A program made the position numbers and the translations under genes. Source: Macrostomum lignano (taxonomy: Eukaryota). Taken from it: DNA of 64,000 nucleotides. The notes under the pieces were generated by a model. It was not told where the DNA came from, did not search any database, and saw only the letters and a list, made by a program, of their open reading frames with translations. The number at the start of each line of letters is the position of its first letter. Positions within the stretch are counted from its first letter, which is position 1. The DNA is taken from NCBI GenBank assembly GCA_002269645.1, contig NIVC01001238.1:62001-126000 (forward strand), given 5' to 3'. Positions 1 to 11,691 of the stretch are shown piece by piece.

Positions 1-105
1 CACTGCATCAGTCATGCTGGCAATAAAAATTCAATTCAAGTCCCGGCGCAATGATGACTCATGCGAGTTGAGGTGATTTTTGCTGCTATAGAAAATTTGG
101 GAATA

Positions 106-450
106 TTATGAAGCTGTGGGGATTGTGAAGCTGTGGGGATTGTGAAGCTGGGGGAATTGTGAAGCTGTGGGGATTGTGATGCTGTGGGGATTGTGAAGCT
201 GTGGGGATTGTGAAGCTGGGGGAATTGTGAAGCTGGGGGAATTGTGAAGCTGTGGGGATTGTGAAGCTGTGGGGATTGTGAAGCTGTGGGAATTGTGAAG
301 CTGTAGGGATTGTGAAGCTGTGGGAATTGTGAAGCTGTGGGAATTGTGAAGCTGTGGGGATTGTGAAGCTGTGGGAATTGTGAAGCTGTGGGAATTGTGA
401 AGCTGTGGGAATTGTGAAGCTGTGGGAATTGTGAAGCTGTGGGTATTGTG
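106..450. repeat. 17-bp minisatellite (TGTGAAGCTGTGGGRAT)n, ~20 copies
   Basis: Direct tandem periodicity; the overlapping ORFs 36..529 are translations of the repeat. Confidence 0.95.
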
Positions 451-1754
451 AAACGCCCCAACAAAAGCTATATAGCAATGCGAACAGCCAATTGTGGGCC
501 CAGCTATTTGCAAAGGCAAAAAGCGGCAATGGGCTCCATCAGTTCAAACACGCCACCTCGCTTCCGCTCACACAGGAGCACACGTGGCGCGGCCAGCAAC
601 TAGCAGCGTGTCGGCCCCTGCCGCTGCTAAGCGAGTGTTTGAATACCTTGAGAAAATGGCCGCCAAGAGGAATAGCCCGAACAGGTGCGGAACAGCGCGC
701 AACTTTTCACCAAGCCTCGGAGGAGATGGAGGCGAGTGAGAGAGGCAGGGGGAGAGCGGGCAGGTGCGATTCAGACAAAGACTGCCCCAACTGCTGCAGC
801 TGGAGATGCTGGACAAAATTTTAGCCGGCCACGTGTTCTAAAACAACGTTTTGGAGGAAAATTCTCCCCTAACACCCTACCTGTCGCTGACACAAATTTG
901 GCAACAGGTGGAGGCGAGGACGCAGGCGGAGGCCCCCCGGGGTCTCCAGTTTCTCACAGGACCCCGCCAGCCCCAGCCCAGCCAAGCATCAGCAGGAGGA
1001 GAAAGAAAAAAAGCATTTTATGCTTCTCACATTTTCTCACGCGGCGTCTCAGAGGGGGGTCTCCGGGTGGCGGCAGTTGCCGTGGGGCTTTGCCACCCCC
1101 AACTGGCACCATGGGAAAGCCGATGCCTGCCGCCCATGGGAAATTCTCGGCCTCGGGCCCAGTTGCGATGCGGACCCGGGAAGGGGGGTGGGGGTGCGCA
1201 CCTGCGCGGGCTTATCGAGAAACTTTGCTTGAGGCTCTGCTTGGCTTTTGCCTGAGCCAAGGAGACCATTTTGATAGAGCCTGGAGCATAGCAACTCCTC
1301 ATCAGGATTGCTGAGATTTTATGCAGCTTTATAGTGAGACTTTAAGCTTGTTAAATTGAGTTCACTCAAGCTTGAGTTTTGATGGGATTAATCAAATTTC
1401 AAACATAATCTCTTCTGAAGATGCTGCAGTTCTGATGAAGACTTGCTGCTCCAGGCTGCCGTTCTGGGCCTCCTTGAAGGGCCGCTGGTCCGCTGGGAGC
1501 GCAGGTGTCCGCGAGCTCTGTCTGATCTGTTTTCATTGCAGCTGCGAGTCTGAATCTCTTCAATCTTGCTGGGCTTGTTGTGGGGCCCAGGGGAAAACGC
1601 TAAGCAGCTTTACTGAATACCGGATCTGCTTCATCTTCCTCTAATTATCTCTCACCTGCGTGTCAGGGGGTCCCGATTCGTTTCGTCAGTTGAGATGAGC
1701 CAGGGTTCAGATGTACTCTGACTGACAGCGCCTGTACTCGGTGGGGGCGGGGGG

Positions 1755-2095
1755 CAAGTCTCGGGGGGAGGTCTCGGAGAGGGGGCAAGTCTAGGGGGCA
1801 AGTCTCGGGGGGAGGTCTCGGAGAGGGGGCAAGTCTAGGGCGGCAAGTCTCGGGGGGGGCAAGTCTCGGGGGGCAAGTCTCGGGGGGGGCAAGTCTCGGG
1901 GGCAAGTCTCGGGGGCAAGTCTCGGGGGGCAAGTCTCGGGGGGCAAGTCTCGGGGGCAAGTCTCGGGGGGGGGGCAAGTCTCGGGGGGCAAGTCTCGGGG
2001 GGGGGCAAGTCTCGGGGGGCAAGTCTCGGGGGGCAAGTCTCGGGGGGGGAAGTCTCGGGGGGGGGCAAATGTTGGGGGGGACAAGTCTCAGAGGA
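1755..2095. repeat. G-rich ~15-bp minisatellite (GGGGGGCAAGTCTCG)n with variable G-run length
   Basis: Visible tandem periodicity. Confidence 0.95.
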
Positions 2096-2629
2096 GCAAG
2101 TCTCAGAGGCATGCGAGTCTCGAGTGCCAGACCTTTCATATTGCATATAGCCATGGGGAATTTCCAGTTTGCTTAACAACAATTTTCTAGGCGTCTCTTT
2201 GTTCTGGGCAGAGGAACCCCGTCATTCATCCGCAGTCGCAACCCAAAGCGCCAATGAATTGAGTAAGACCCAAGCAGGTGCAATTATGATGCATAGTTTT
2301 CCCTCTAATTAGCCCGAGTCATTTTCCTTTGCAATCGAAGTAACAGCTAGTAAATTGAATGGAATTGTGGTTATTTACAATCGATTCCCTGTTTCACATG
2401 GCAACTAATCATTAGCTGCAGTTTCCACTCTGTGTAGATGCTAAAGTTTAGCGCATCATTATGAATTAATACGAGAACAAGTGTCCAAGACTCCAAGCAC
2501 TGTACATTGTTTACCAACCGTATTTTGGTCTAGTTTATTCGCGAGCTATGAAGTTATACATATCACAAGCAGCAGTGAGTCATCGAATGCTATTCTCAAG
2601 TTTGACTTCACGTCTGCTCTCCGTCTAAG

Positions 2630-2735
2630 CAGTCTGTCCCTCTCACCCTCCGCAGTCTGTCTCTCTCACCCTCCGCAGTCTGTCCCTCTCACCCTCGGCA
2701 GTCTGTCCCTCTCACCCTCCGCAGTCTGTCCCTCT
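2630..2735. repeat. Short tandem repeat (GCAGTCTGTCCCTCTCACCCTCC)n, ~4 copies
   Basis: Visible tandem periodicity, ~23-bp unit. Confidence 0.8.
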
Positions 2736-3414
2736 AATTTGTCCCCCGCGACCCCCTGAGTCACCGAGAAGGCAGCAAGTCCATCCCTAACCCGCGACCT
2801 GTCAATCAATCAATCAATCTTGCCAGCTACCAAGGAAGGCTCTGTGAGGAAGAATGCACCTGAAGTGACCCCAGTCTGACAGCACCGACCCAGGGCACCC
2901 TGTTTTATGCAGAACAAAGAAAGCTGAGTGAAATTATTGTTCACTTTAAACTTCGAACTTTTAAAGGAAATTTCTGAACCATTTAACTTGTCACTTATGT
3001 AAAAGCAGACATAATTGGTTATGTTATATTTATGAGTCATTATCTTGAAACTCATTCACACAGGATAAAATTAACACTGAGTTTTATACAACTAATAGGT
3101 AATCTAGCTTTTTTATCTGCACTTATTCACAACAAAATGGCAATTAATTGTTCAATAAGAATATTGAATTCATATCTTTTACACAATAAGTACGAAATGA
3201 ACTTTATCGGTTCTCCGAACAGTTCACAACTTGATGAGGATCAACTCTGCAGACTCCCTGGCGGCACACTTTGCTAAAATTGGAGAATTCTGAAAAGGAA
3301 TTAGTGAGGAAAAAAAGTAAATATAAAAATATGCTTTGAGCACAAGTTCATTGTGTCTATGTGAATCAATCCACGTTTCAAGATCCAGGTTCAAACCAGT
3401 TCTACAGGTTATAC

Positions 3415-3600
3415 CCCTTTTCACCTGTTAGACCCCGATTTCACCTTTCAGATCCCGGCTTCACCTGTTAAGACCCCGGTTTCACCTTTTAGATCCCGAT
3501 TTCACCTGCTAGACCCCGGTTTTCACCTGTTAGACCCCGGTTTCACCTGTTGGACCCCGGTTTCCCCTGTTAGACCCAGGTGGCACTTATTAAACCCAGG
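3415..3600. repeat. Degenerate ~20-bp tandem repeat (TTCACCTGTTAGACCCCGGT)n
   Basis: Visible tandem periodicity. Confidence 0.85.
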
Positions 3601-4066
3601 TTCTACCGGTTACTTTACTAATCTTATTTAATTAAATTTGAGTACCAATAAGGCATTAATTTATCATTAACTTACAGATTGCAAATAAAACTTGATGAAA
3701 TGACCAGCTCAAACTCCCAGCAGGTCCGTCATCAGATGCTCACTGCGCAGGAGCATGAAGTGAAGCAGTTTAAAGCACAAGGAAGTCAGTCAGATTTTCG
3801 AACGAACTCGCCAGAAAAGGTGCCGCTAAAAGCCGCCGCTGCTGCTGCCGCTGATCGGTGTGACTGTGGGAAAAAATTTATTTTATGCACCTTTATTTAT
3901 GTCGTTCATCTCACTGTTTATAGGTCTTTCTGTAGAGCAGGCGGCCTCTCACTGAAGGACCGTTTGGGACAGTGGCGGCCTCTCACTGAAGGACTGTTTG
4001 GGTCAGTGGCGGCTTCTCACTACAGCACATTTGTTTTAGTGACCCAGGGAAATTTCTCCCAACACC

Positions 4067-4528
4067 CTAACTGCCCAGCAGTGGCTCCAGTGGTGCACTC
4101 ACATTCAACAGGATCATCTGTTGCTGGGCTGGCGTCTCCGCATTTGTCGCCGAGTTGACATCGGCAAACGGCCGCCTGACAGAGGCAGCGGCAGCCGCGG
4201 CGGCGAAGGACTGCTGCAGGGCGGCGCGGTAGAAGTCCCCGGTCAGCTGGTCGGTGAGCTGCTCCTCCAAGTCGATGATGTAATCGATGGCGGCCTGAAG
4301 GATCTGCAGCTGGCCGCGGTGGCACTCGGAACTGACGCCAGCCTTGGACAGCCACGGGATGGACTGGTGCAGCTGCTCAAAGCTCGCCACAACGTCGCAC
4401 ATCTCCTGCTCGCTGGCAAAATCGGCTCCGTTGAAGTTCTCGGACTGGCAGCAGTTTGGCGCTGTGCCGGGTTTCACAGTCAGTGATGCAGATCCGGAAG
4501 CTGGAAGATCGGTGTACTCGGCGTTCAT
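4067..4528 (-). CDS. emc: Id/extramacrochaetae-type HLH protein lacking a basic region (153 aa)
   Basis: EMCDVVASFEQLHQSIP...QLQILQAAIDYIIDLEEQL matches the Id/emc HLH pattern (helix 2 EILQxxIDYIxDL). The residues before helix 1 are acidic rather than basic. Splice acceptor TTTCCCAAG at 4562, 33 nt upstream of the ATG; C-terminal D-box-like RRPFADVN. Confidence 0.85.
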   Translation of the reverse strand: MNAEYTDLPASGSASLTVKPGTAPNCCQSENFNGADFASEQEMCDVVASFEQLHQSIPWLSKAGVSSECHRGQLQILQAAIDYIIDLEEQLTDQLTGDFYRAALQQSFAAAAAAASVRRPFADVNSATNAETPAQQQMILLNVSAPLEPLLGS

Positions 4529-5175
4529 GTCGATCCTCTGCTGTTGCTGGCTTTGTTGAACCTTGGGAAAGTAAAGTAGAGTGATGGAGAGTGGGTTCTG
4601 GGAGACTTAGCTAGCGCGAGAGACGGTCAGAGGGTGCAGGAAGGCAGAGAGTCAAGGACGGCTGAACTGGGGATGGGGAGGCCTTCCTTTATGCCCGAAG
4701 TGAAAGGGAGGGAGGGGGGGGTTGGGCCTAGGCCAGCCAATGCCGGTTGGGGGGGGGGGCTGCAGCCCAGCCAGTGCTTGGCAATTTCCTGCACTCCGGA
4801 TGCCGATTGCGGCCAGGGCGGGCGGGCCATGGAGTTTAGAATACAGAATCTGGAGCGGAAGTGTTCGTCTCTTACCTCAAAAAATGAATGCAATTGTAAA
4901 TTAGCTTGTAAATTGAATTGCGCATCTATGTTATAACTGTCACACAACACAAGACTTCTTGAAGTTCTTCTAGAAATTTATAAAACAACTATAACTATAA
5001 TAATCGTTTCATGATGCTGCGTGTGCTTCAGACGAGACCAGTTTCCACTCCAGACACTTTCTAGCTAGCAGTTCCTGGCCCCGGCGTACGCAAGGGGGGT
5101 AGAGAAGGGAAGGTCAGGCATGGAGGCACCAGCTGGCACTTTGCTTGCTTCCCATCACACTCGGCACGATGTGAG

Positions 5176-5178
<3 letters not shown>

Positions 5179-5218
<40 letters not shown>

Positions 5219-5225
5219 GTGAGTG
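5179..5225. repeat. (GA)n microsatellite upstream of the emc coding exon
   Basis: Uninterrupted GAGA run. Confidence 0.9.
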
Positions 5226-6465
5226 GGAGAGAGGGGAGTGAATGAAACACCGGGGTAAAATCGGGATTTTGGAATCCCGCTTAACAGCCCACCTGCACCT
5301 GCTTCCCTCCCTTTGCATCCTGCTTGCGATGGGAGAATTATGCGACTGTCGGAGTTCCGCGACGGAGTTCCATGCATAATGCAGGCGCGGGGGGCCGGGC
5401 CAGGGGACGGGGCCAGGTGCGCGACGGAGGATGGGGCCGCCAAACCTTTGCAACTTGCGCAGCTCCTCGCAGTCCCACGCCCTGCCGCAAGTTCATCCGC
5501 GCATTTCCAAACACTTTGGCCCTGGGCTGTGGGAAACTCACCAAAAGGGTTCTCCGCAGGGGAGAAACCGCTGAAAATTTATGTTCAGAACCTGTTCTCT
5601 CACGACAGCAGCTTTTCTAACAACTCTGGATGAGTCAACACCTAGATAGACAACTGAGTTACCTGTCTCATGATTACCTAATCTATATGAATACTTCTCA
5701 CCCACTCTACTTCCCTAGCACTCTACTTCTCAGCCACTCTATTGCCGACCTAATCTAATTTTAACTACTCATATTTCTACTCTTCTCACGATCTCTACTC
5801 TACTTCTCATCATCTCGTTTGCAAACTGCCCGAGCAATCTAAGGACATGCAGCAATGGCTGGCCCCTAAAGTCCCAGTCTAAAGTCAGACACTGCAGTGA
5901 CCGCCGATATTTGATCTGGCTGGGCTCCCACCTCCCTCCCTCCATCCTCTTTCTCTCAGTTACCATCACTCAGCAATTTCTGCAGAGGAAGCGGGACCGC
6001 TTGGCTTGGTCCGTAAGTGGGACAGGCGCAGTCTGGTGAGAAAAAACTTCATTTTCCAAGAAACTCGACCCAGACTTGACTGACATGAAACCAACCGGAA
6101 ATTGCTATCGGAGGACCGGAAGCTCCAGGGCTGCTAATGAATTCTGAAACACGCCCGCGATCTTTGTGGCTCCCGCTGTCGCTGCGGCGAAATATTCAGA
6201 AGCTGAAATATTCAGAGAAGTTTAGCTGAAAACCTTTTGTGATTGAACCTTCATAAGTTCAACTATCTATAACACTGGCTGATATGGAGTTGAAGGGAGA
6301 TGGCTGACACCCCCCCCCCGAGAAAGTTAGGGGTGGTCATGACCCCCCCCCCTCGGGAAAACAGAAAAATGCCTATTCCAATCGTCACTAGATTTCAATT
6401 TGTGGTATTGAAGTCCAGAGAGTTATGCAAAGTTACAAGCTGTCATATTAGCTCAAAGTTAAGAT

Positions 6466-6534
6466 CAATGGCGGATCCAGGGAGGGGGGATCAAGGGGGT
6501 CATGACCCCCGGAAAAATCCTGGATCCGCCTCTG
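6466..6534. mobile_element. 69-bp hairpin/MITE remnant with GGCGGATCCAGG terminal inverted repeats
   Basis: GGCGGATCCAGG at 6470-6481 and CCTGGATCCGCC at 6519-6530, with an internal palindrome GGGGGTCATGACCCCC. No target-site duplication seen. Confidence 0.5.
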
Positions 6535-7251
6535 GTCCATAAGCTTGAAACTTCATCGATTGTTAAACGAGCTCGAATTCGGGGCCAGTTTCACCATTTC
6601 GCAAAGCATGGCAGCCGCCTGCCGCAGATTCCGGCAACCCCCCCCCCCAGAGTCGGGTGCCGCCCATGCAGCTGTGCCCGGGTGGCTGGCTTCCATCAAG
6701 CGCATGTGTTGCGCAGATAAGCCGCCAGAGCCAGGCTCTTCTTAGCTTCATCAGGCCATCAGCTGCGCGCCCTCGTGAATACACGGAACAGCTGCGGCGG
6801 GCAGCTGAAAGCAAGGGATTGAGCGCTGGCTATCAGAGAGCAGGGAGCGCCGCCTGAATGCATGGGGCTCTCCCGCGTGGAGTGGGGGATAATTATCCCA
6901 AACGAAGCGGTGGTCTGTGGCTGGGCCCATCATCATCATTGGGCATTGTTGTGCTTGCCTTTGCCACTCAACTGGGGTGTCCCGGGTGCCAGGTGACATC
7001 TGTCTCCCCCAGCTTACGACGAAACATTTGTTTGTCGCATTTCCCTTCATCCGCAGCTTCCAAACAGAATTTTCATCTCTCGCCGCGCTTTGAAATCCTT
7101 CACCGGCCCGCGCACAGCTGTTCCAAAGGGCGAGGAGCTGGCCAGCTGGCGGCAGGCGAAATTGGAAAATAAATTTTCATTTTCCGGAGAATAGGAGCTC
7201 GCGTTCTCGTCTCTTAGCCTTAGCGTCTCTTAGCCTTAGCGTCATGTCCCT

Positions 7252-7965
7252 TATGCTCTATCCAGATCCTCAGTGCTCTATCCAGATCCTCAGTGCTCTA
7301 TCCAGATCCTCAGTGCTCTATCCAGATCCTCAGTGCTCTATCCAGATCCTCAGTGCTCTATCCAGATCCTCAGTGCTCTATCCAGATCCTCAGTGCTCTA
7401 TCCAGATCCTCAGCGCTCTATCCAGATCCTCAGCGCTCTATCCAGATCCTCAGCGCTCTATCCAAATCCTCAGCGCTCTATCCAGATCCTCAGCGCTCTA
7501 TCCAGATCCTCAGCGCTCTATCCAGATCCTCAGCGCTCTATCCAAATCCTCAGCGCTCTATCCAGATTCTCAGTGCTCTATCCAGATTCTCAGTGCTCTA
7601 TCAGGATCCTCAGTGCTCTATCCAGATCCTCAGCGCTCTATCCAGATCCTCAGCGCTCTATCCAGATTCTCAGTGCTCTATCCAGATCCTCAGTGCTCTA
7701 TCCAGATCCTCAGTGCTCTATCCAGATCCTCAGTGCTCTATCCAGATCCTCAGTGCTCTATCCAGATTCTCAGTGCTCTATCCAGATCCTCAATGCTCTA
7801 TCTAGATCCTCAGTGCTCTATCCAGATCCTCAGTGCTCTATCCAGATCCTCAGTGCTCTATCCAGATCCTCAGTGCTCTATCCAGATCCTCAGTGCTCTA
7901 TCCAGATCCTCAGTGCTCTATCCAGATCCTCAGTGCTCTATCCAGATCCTCAGCGCTCTATCCAG
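7252..7965. repeat. 20-bp minisatellite (TCCAGATCCTCAGTGCTCTA)n, ~35 copies
   Basis: Exact 20-bp periodicity with few variants. Confidence 0.97.
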
Positions 7966-10629
7966 TGTTCTTCAGCTCCCCCCCACAATAGTTTGTCCCT
8001 CAATTATGCAGAATTGGCTGTTGCAATGCTCTTCCAACTCAATTTAATTACATTTAAATGCAGAGATAAAGGCCAGAAACCCGGCTGTTTCGCTTCCCCA
8101 GTTCCGGGATCTTCGTAGCTCATAAATTTTGAGTCTCTCGCAAAGTCGAGATTGGAGCTTCGCTTAGCCCCCCCCCCACCAGCCAGTCCCACCCCGCATG
8201 GTGCGTGACGATCCGGGAGAATTTCCACTTCCTGTCGCTGACTCCGTCCCCCGTGGAGCAGCAAGGCTGGATCCCCAAGTCTCTTATCTGAGCTCTGGCC
8301 GCACCGGTTCCAATATCGATGATCAAAGTTTCCAGCTGCAACGTGACTTTTAAGCAAAGTAACCTGCGGGGGGTTGGGGTTGGCCCAATTTGAGTTCGAC
8401 TCAGCGTCTTTAAGAGGCTTAGCAGGTCTTACACAAAGCATTACAGAGTCATTTTATAATCTTCACTTTCTCCAGTCCAACTCAGCAATGCCTATGCAAA
8501 TGACCCGAGTCTCTGGGTATTAGCAGCTCCTAAGCTTGTTGGGGCGTGTTGGCGGTGAGCAAACATCCCCCCACGCTCTCGCCCGACAACCTTGCTGCCA
8601 TCAAAGACTCAAATCAATTGGGAGAATGCAGTCGGAGCTGCTTCTATCGTAGGAATTTCTGCATCAAGCTGCTACAAGCGACCATCTGCTGCTGCGTCAG
8701 GCGCCATGTAAGTCTTTGTTCTCTGACTTCACCACTCCGGCAGTCTAAAGCGACCGTGCTGCGACAGTTGCTAGGCCGGAATCCGGGCCGACTCGGCTGC
8801 TTTTGCGGCCTCTGTATATGCATAATTAGACAGCCGAAAGAGCCAGACCGACTTTTCTGCATGCTGCTTTTCTAAAGTTTTTTCTATGCTACTTTTTAGA
8901 CTGCAGGCTTTGTCAGCCTCCGTGTCTCTGTGGGCTAAGCTTGACCCAATTTAGCTGGTATGGCTAATCTTGAAGAGAGACAGCAATGCCGGGTAGCTGC
9001 TGCTGCTGGGGGGGGGAGAGGCTGACGGATTGTTTGCATTATATAATTTTATAGCCCGGACACGGAATCCGGACACGCAGTCATTAAATACGGTTGGGCT
9101 ATATATTAGACATGGCTAGTTCAATGGAGTGCAGTTTATCAGCCCTACAATTAACTTCATGGGGGCTGCGGCTATCTCTACTGGATGTCTGGGCAATCTG
9201 CGATCTCCCATTAATGAGGATGCAGATCAATTTTGGAAGCCAAACAAACTGTATTTGACACGACGCATTAAGTTTGGTTGCTGCAAAATCCATTAGTGAG
9301 AAAATTTTATCTGTTCGAAGTTAAAGAAACTTTTTCACACCAAGACTTTCGACAAAGACCTTAAAATAATTCATCCTTCCCCCGCGGGAGTTTATGAGGC
9401 GCCTTGTGGTTTTTGGGAGGCCATTTTTGCGGCAGTCTTTGTTGTTTTTATCGCAGGTTTCACCGCGCTACATGGGTGGGTCATGGGTGACTGCCATACG
9501 GTTAGCATTAAAAAGCTCGATGCTTGAAGGCATAATCAACACAGAAGGCATTAAACCTAATTGAATTGCAACCTGAATTCGATGTCAATTTCTAAATGGT
9601 CTTGGTCTTTGTTCGCCACACTGTCTCCTAGCTAGGCCCCCCTAGGCATGACCGTTTTGACCATATCTTCCCCCGAGGGTGCTGTAAAAAAGTTCCATTG
9701 CGCAGGCCGCAGATTAAATCCAAAAATCAATTTTCTTTCATTTCCCATAGCAAACAGCAGTTCAATTTACACAGCGGCTTGGTGCAAAAGCTAATGTAAT
9801 GTATAATTCTATTTCTACTAGAAGACTTGCTTGGCTGTTAATCAAGATTCATATGATTTTTTAAATGATCTCATCTGTTGCACATGATGCATGGCGTCTG
9901 GCGTGTACTCTGTTACACCCACAAACATTGTCCATGTACTGTAGATGCTCTGTAAACTGCTTCTGTCTGCTGCGTGTGTTTTGCTGATGCTGGCTGACTA
10001 GAGATCGTACTAATTTTGCCGACTCCAAAATATCTCTCTCTTAGGTTATCCAAGATTGTTTCTACGATTCTTGCATAATACAAGCCGTATAGTAGCTATG
10101 AGAAGTGATTTTAAGTTCAACGAGCGTCATTTATAAACCATTTGTTTTCATGTCGGTCGCAGAAACTTTAAAAAACTTTCTGGAAACTTGAAGAGTGCTA
10201 TATATGCTCGTACGTAGCTTCATTTGCTAGCTGTGCATGAGTATAAAGGCCAACATTGCTGAATTTGTGCAGAGAAAACGGACAGTATTCGAACTTGTGT
10301 TTTTATTTGGCAAAATCCAGTAAAAATGTATTTTGAGCTTTAGCTAATCATTCTAAAGGTCTGCAAAACATCTATTATAGTATTAATAAATTATAGTTTG
10401 TTTTTTAAACATGAGAAGTCTTGAACAGGTATATTTATAAAAAATGAATCTTATAGAACTTCAACTTCAGCAACTTGAGTGTTCAGTTACAGTTTGGATT
10501 AAACTATAAGAACCTCCAGATCCAAGGAAGGCAATTTATCACAAAACAAATCTTACATTCTACTTACAGTAGTACGTCCACTGTATGAAGTATAAAACAA
10601 TAATACGACAGTACATGCAGGTACCTGAG

Positions 10630-10965
10630 GTACAACAATAACAAACATAATACGCGATTAGCGTCACAGGGCGCGCTTCAAGGCCAGGTCGCGAATGAAC
10701 GCCACGCCGCCGGCCGAATCCGGGGCGCCGGCGTCAGCCAGCAGGCAGTCGACGAAACGCCGAGTGTGCGCCTGCCCCGCCGCTAGGGTGCCTGCAGCGT
10801 TAGCAGCAGCTCCTCCTGCACCGGCTCTGGGCAGTACACGACTCGGTGCGGATGATGTGGCCTGCCAGCTGGAGTCGCCGACGGCGCAGCAGGTCGCTTG
10901 GACGGACCAGGCCGGTGCGGCGATACAAAGATTTTGCCTTCTGAGATACGTATCGATCCAGACAC
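10630..10965 (-). mobile_element. 5'-truncated, decayed non-LTR retrotransposon (RTE-like) ORF C-terminus
   Basis: Joining three frames gives LYRRTGLVRPSDLLRRRRLQLAGHIIRTES / YCPEPVQEELLLTLQAP* / GQAHTRRFVDCLLADAGAPDSAGGVAFIRDLALKRAL*. The RRRRLxxAGHxxR motif is typical of the post-RT region of RTE-clade LINEs. Two frameshifts and one stop are present, and a TTG/TTA-rich tail follows the stop at 10664. Confidence 0.75.
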
Positions 10966-11590
10966 TTTGTAGGAACAAGTCAAAAGAAAGTAGATCTAGA
11001 CAGCCATTATGTTTTTGCTAAAGTTATATATACATTTTTTTCTATGAATATTTTAATATTCATTAAATCCTTTTTTAAGTAATTTTATTTGAACCATTCT
11101 GCCATTATTATAAATAAGTAACACTTGTTTCCAAATTCGAAGTTATTTTAGTATCACATATATATTGAGAGTTTAGAAAGCCAGAGTGAGAGTCCAATCA
11201 ACAAGTAGGCCTAAGATCATTCTGAGTTTATATGGCAATAAAATTTTCTCCTATATCTGTATAACTAAACTAAACTTGACCATATTACTCTAATTTTCCC
11301 TTTTATTTAAAACAAAAAACTCACCGATATATTTTGAGCATTAAAACAAAAGATTATTACTTTTCGGTACCTTGCACACATTAATTTTTTAAATATATTA
11401 CATGGCACAATGTCGGCGGACACTATCTCAGGTCATTGATAGGGTAACTATTTATAAAGACTTTTCAGTACCGTGTCACCTGTGTGTAAATAACACCAAA
11501 AATATTTACATGGGATGGTATCATGCAAATAATGACTGCCATTTTTTAATGCTTATGTCTTATGACTATGTTACTATGTATGACTTGTAA

Positions 11591-11691
11591 GGCAATCTTC
11601 TCGAATCGTTCGTTTAATTATTTCCGGAATTATTTCGCCCTCTATTCAAGGGTGGTGGGGGGGGGGGTGGGAACGATTCGAGAAGATAGCC
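11591..11691. mobile_element. 101-bp element with 21-bp terminal inverted repeats (MITE-like or hairpin)
   Basis: GGCAATCTTCTCGAATCGTTC (11591-11611) versus GAACGATTCGAGAAGATAGCC (11671-11691): 20/21 inverted match. No TSD seen. Confidence 0.55.

Noticed and set aside
492-1314. Overlapping 80-210 aa ORFs in GC-rich DNA
   Set aside because: No recognisable domain, no codon bias favouring one frame and no coherent splice pattern.
7244-8118. 267-281 aa ORFs in all three forward frames
   Set aside because: They are translations of a 20-bp tandem repeat.
8120-8363. Actin-like motif (LIIDIGTG) after an acceptor-like AG
   Set aside because: The similarity is a few residues only, with no other actin motifs or partner exons.
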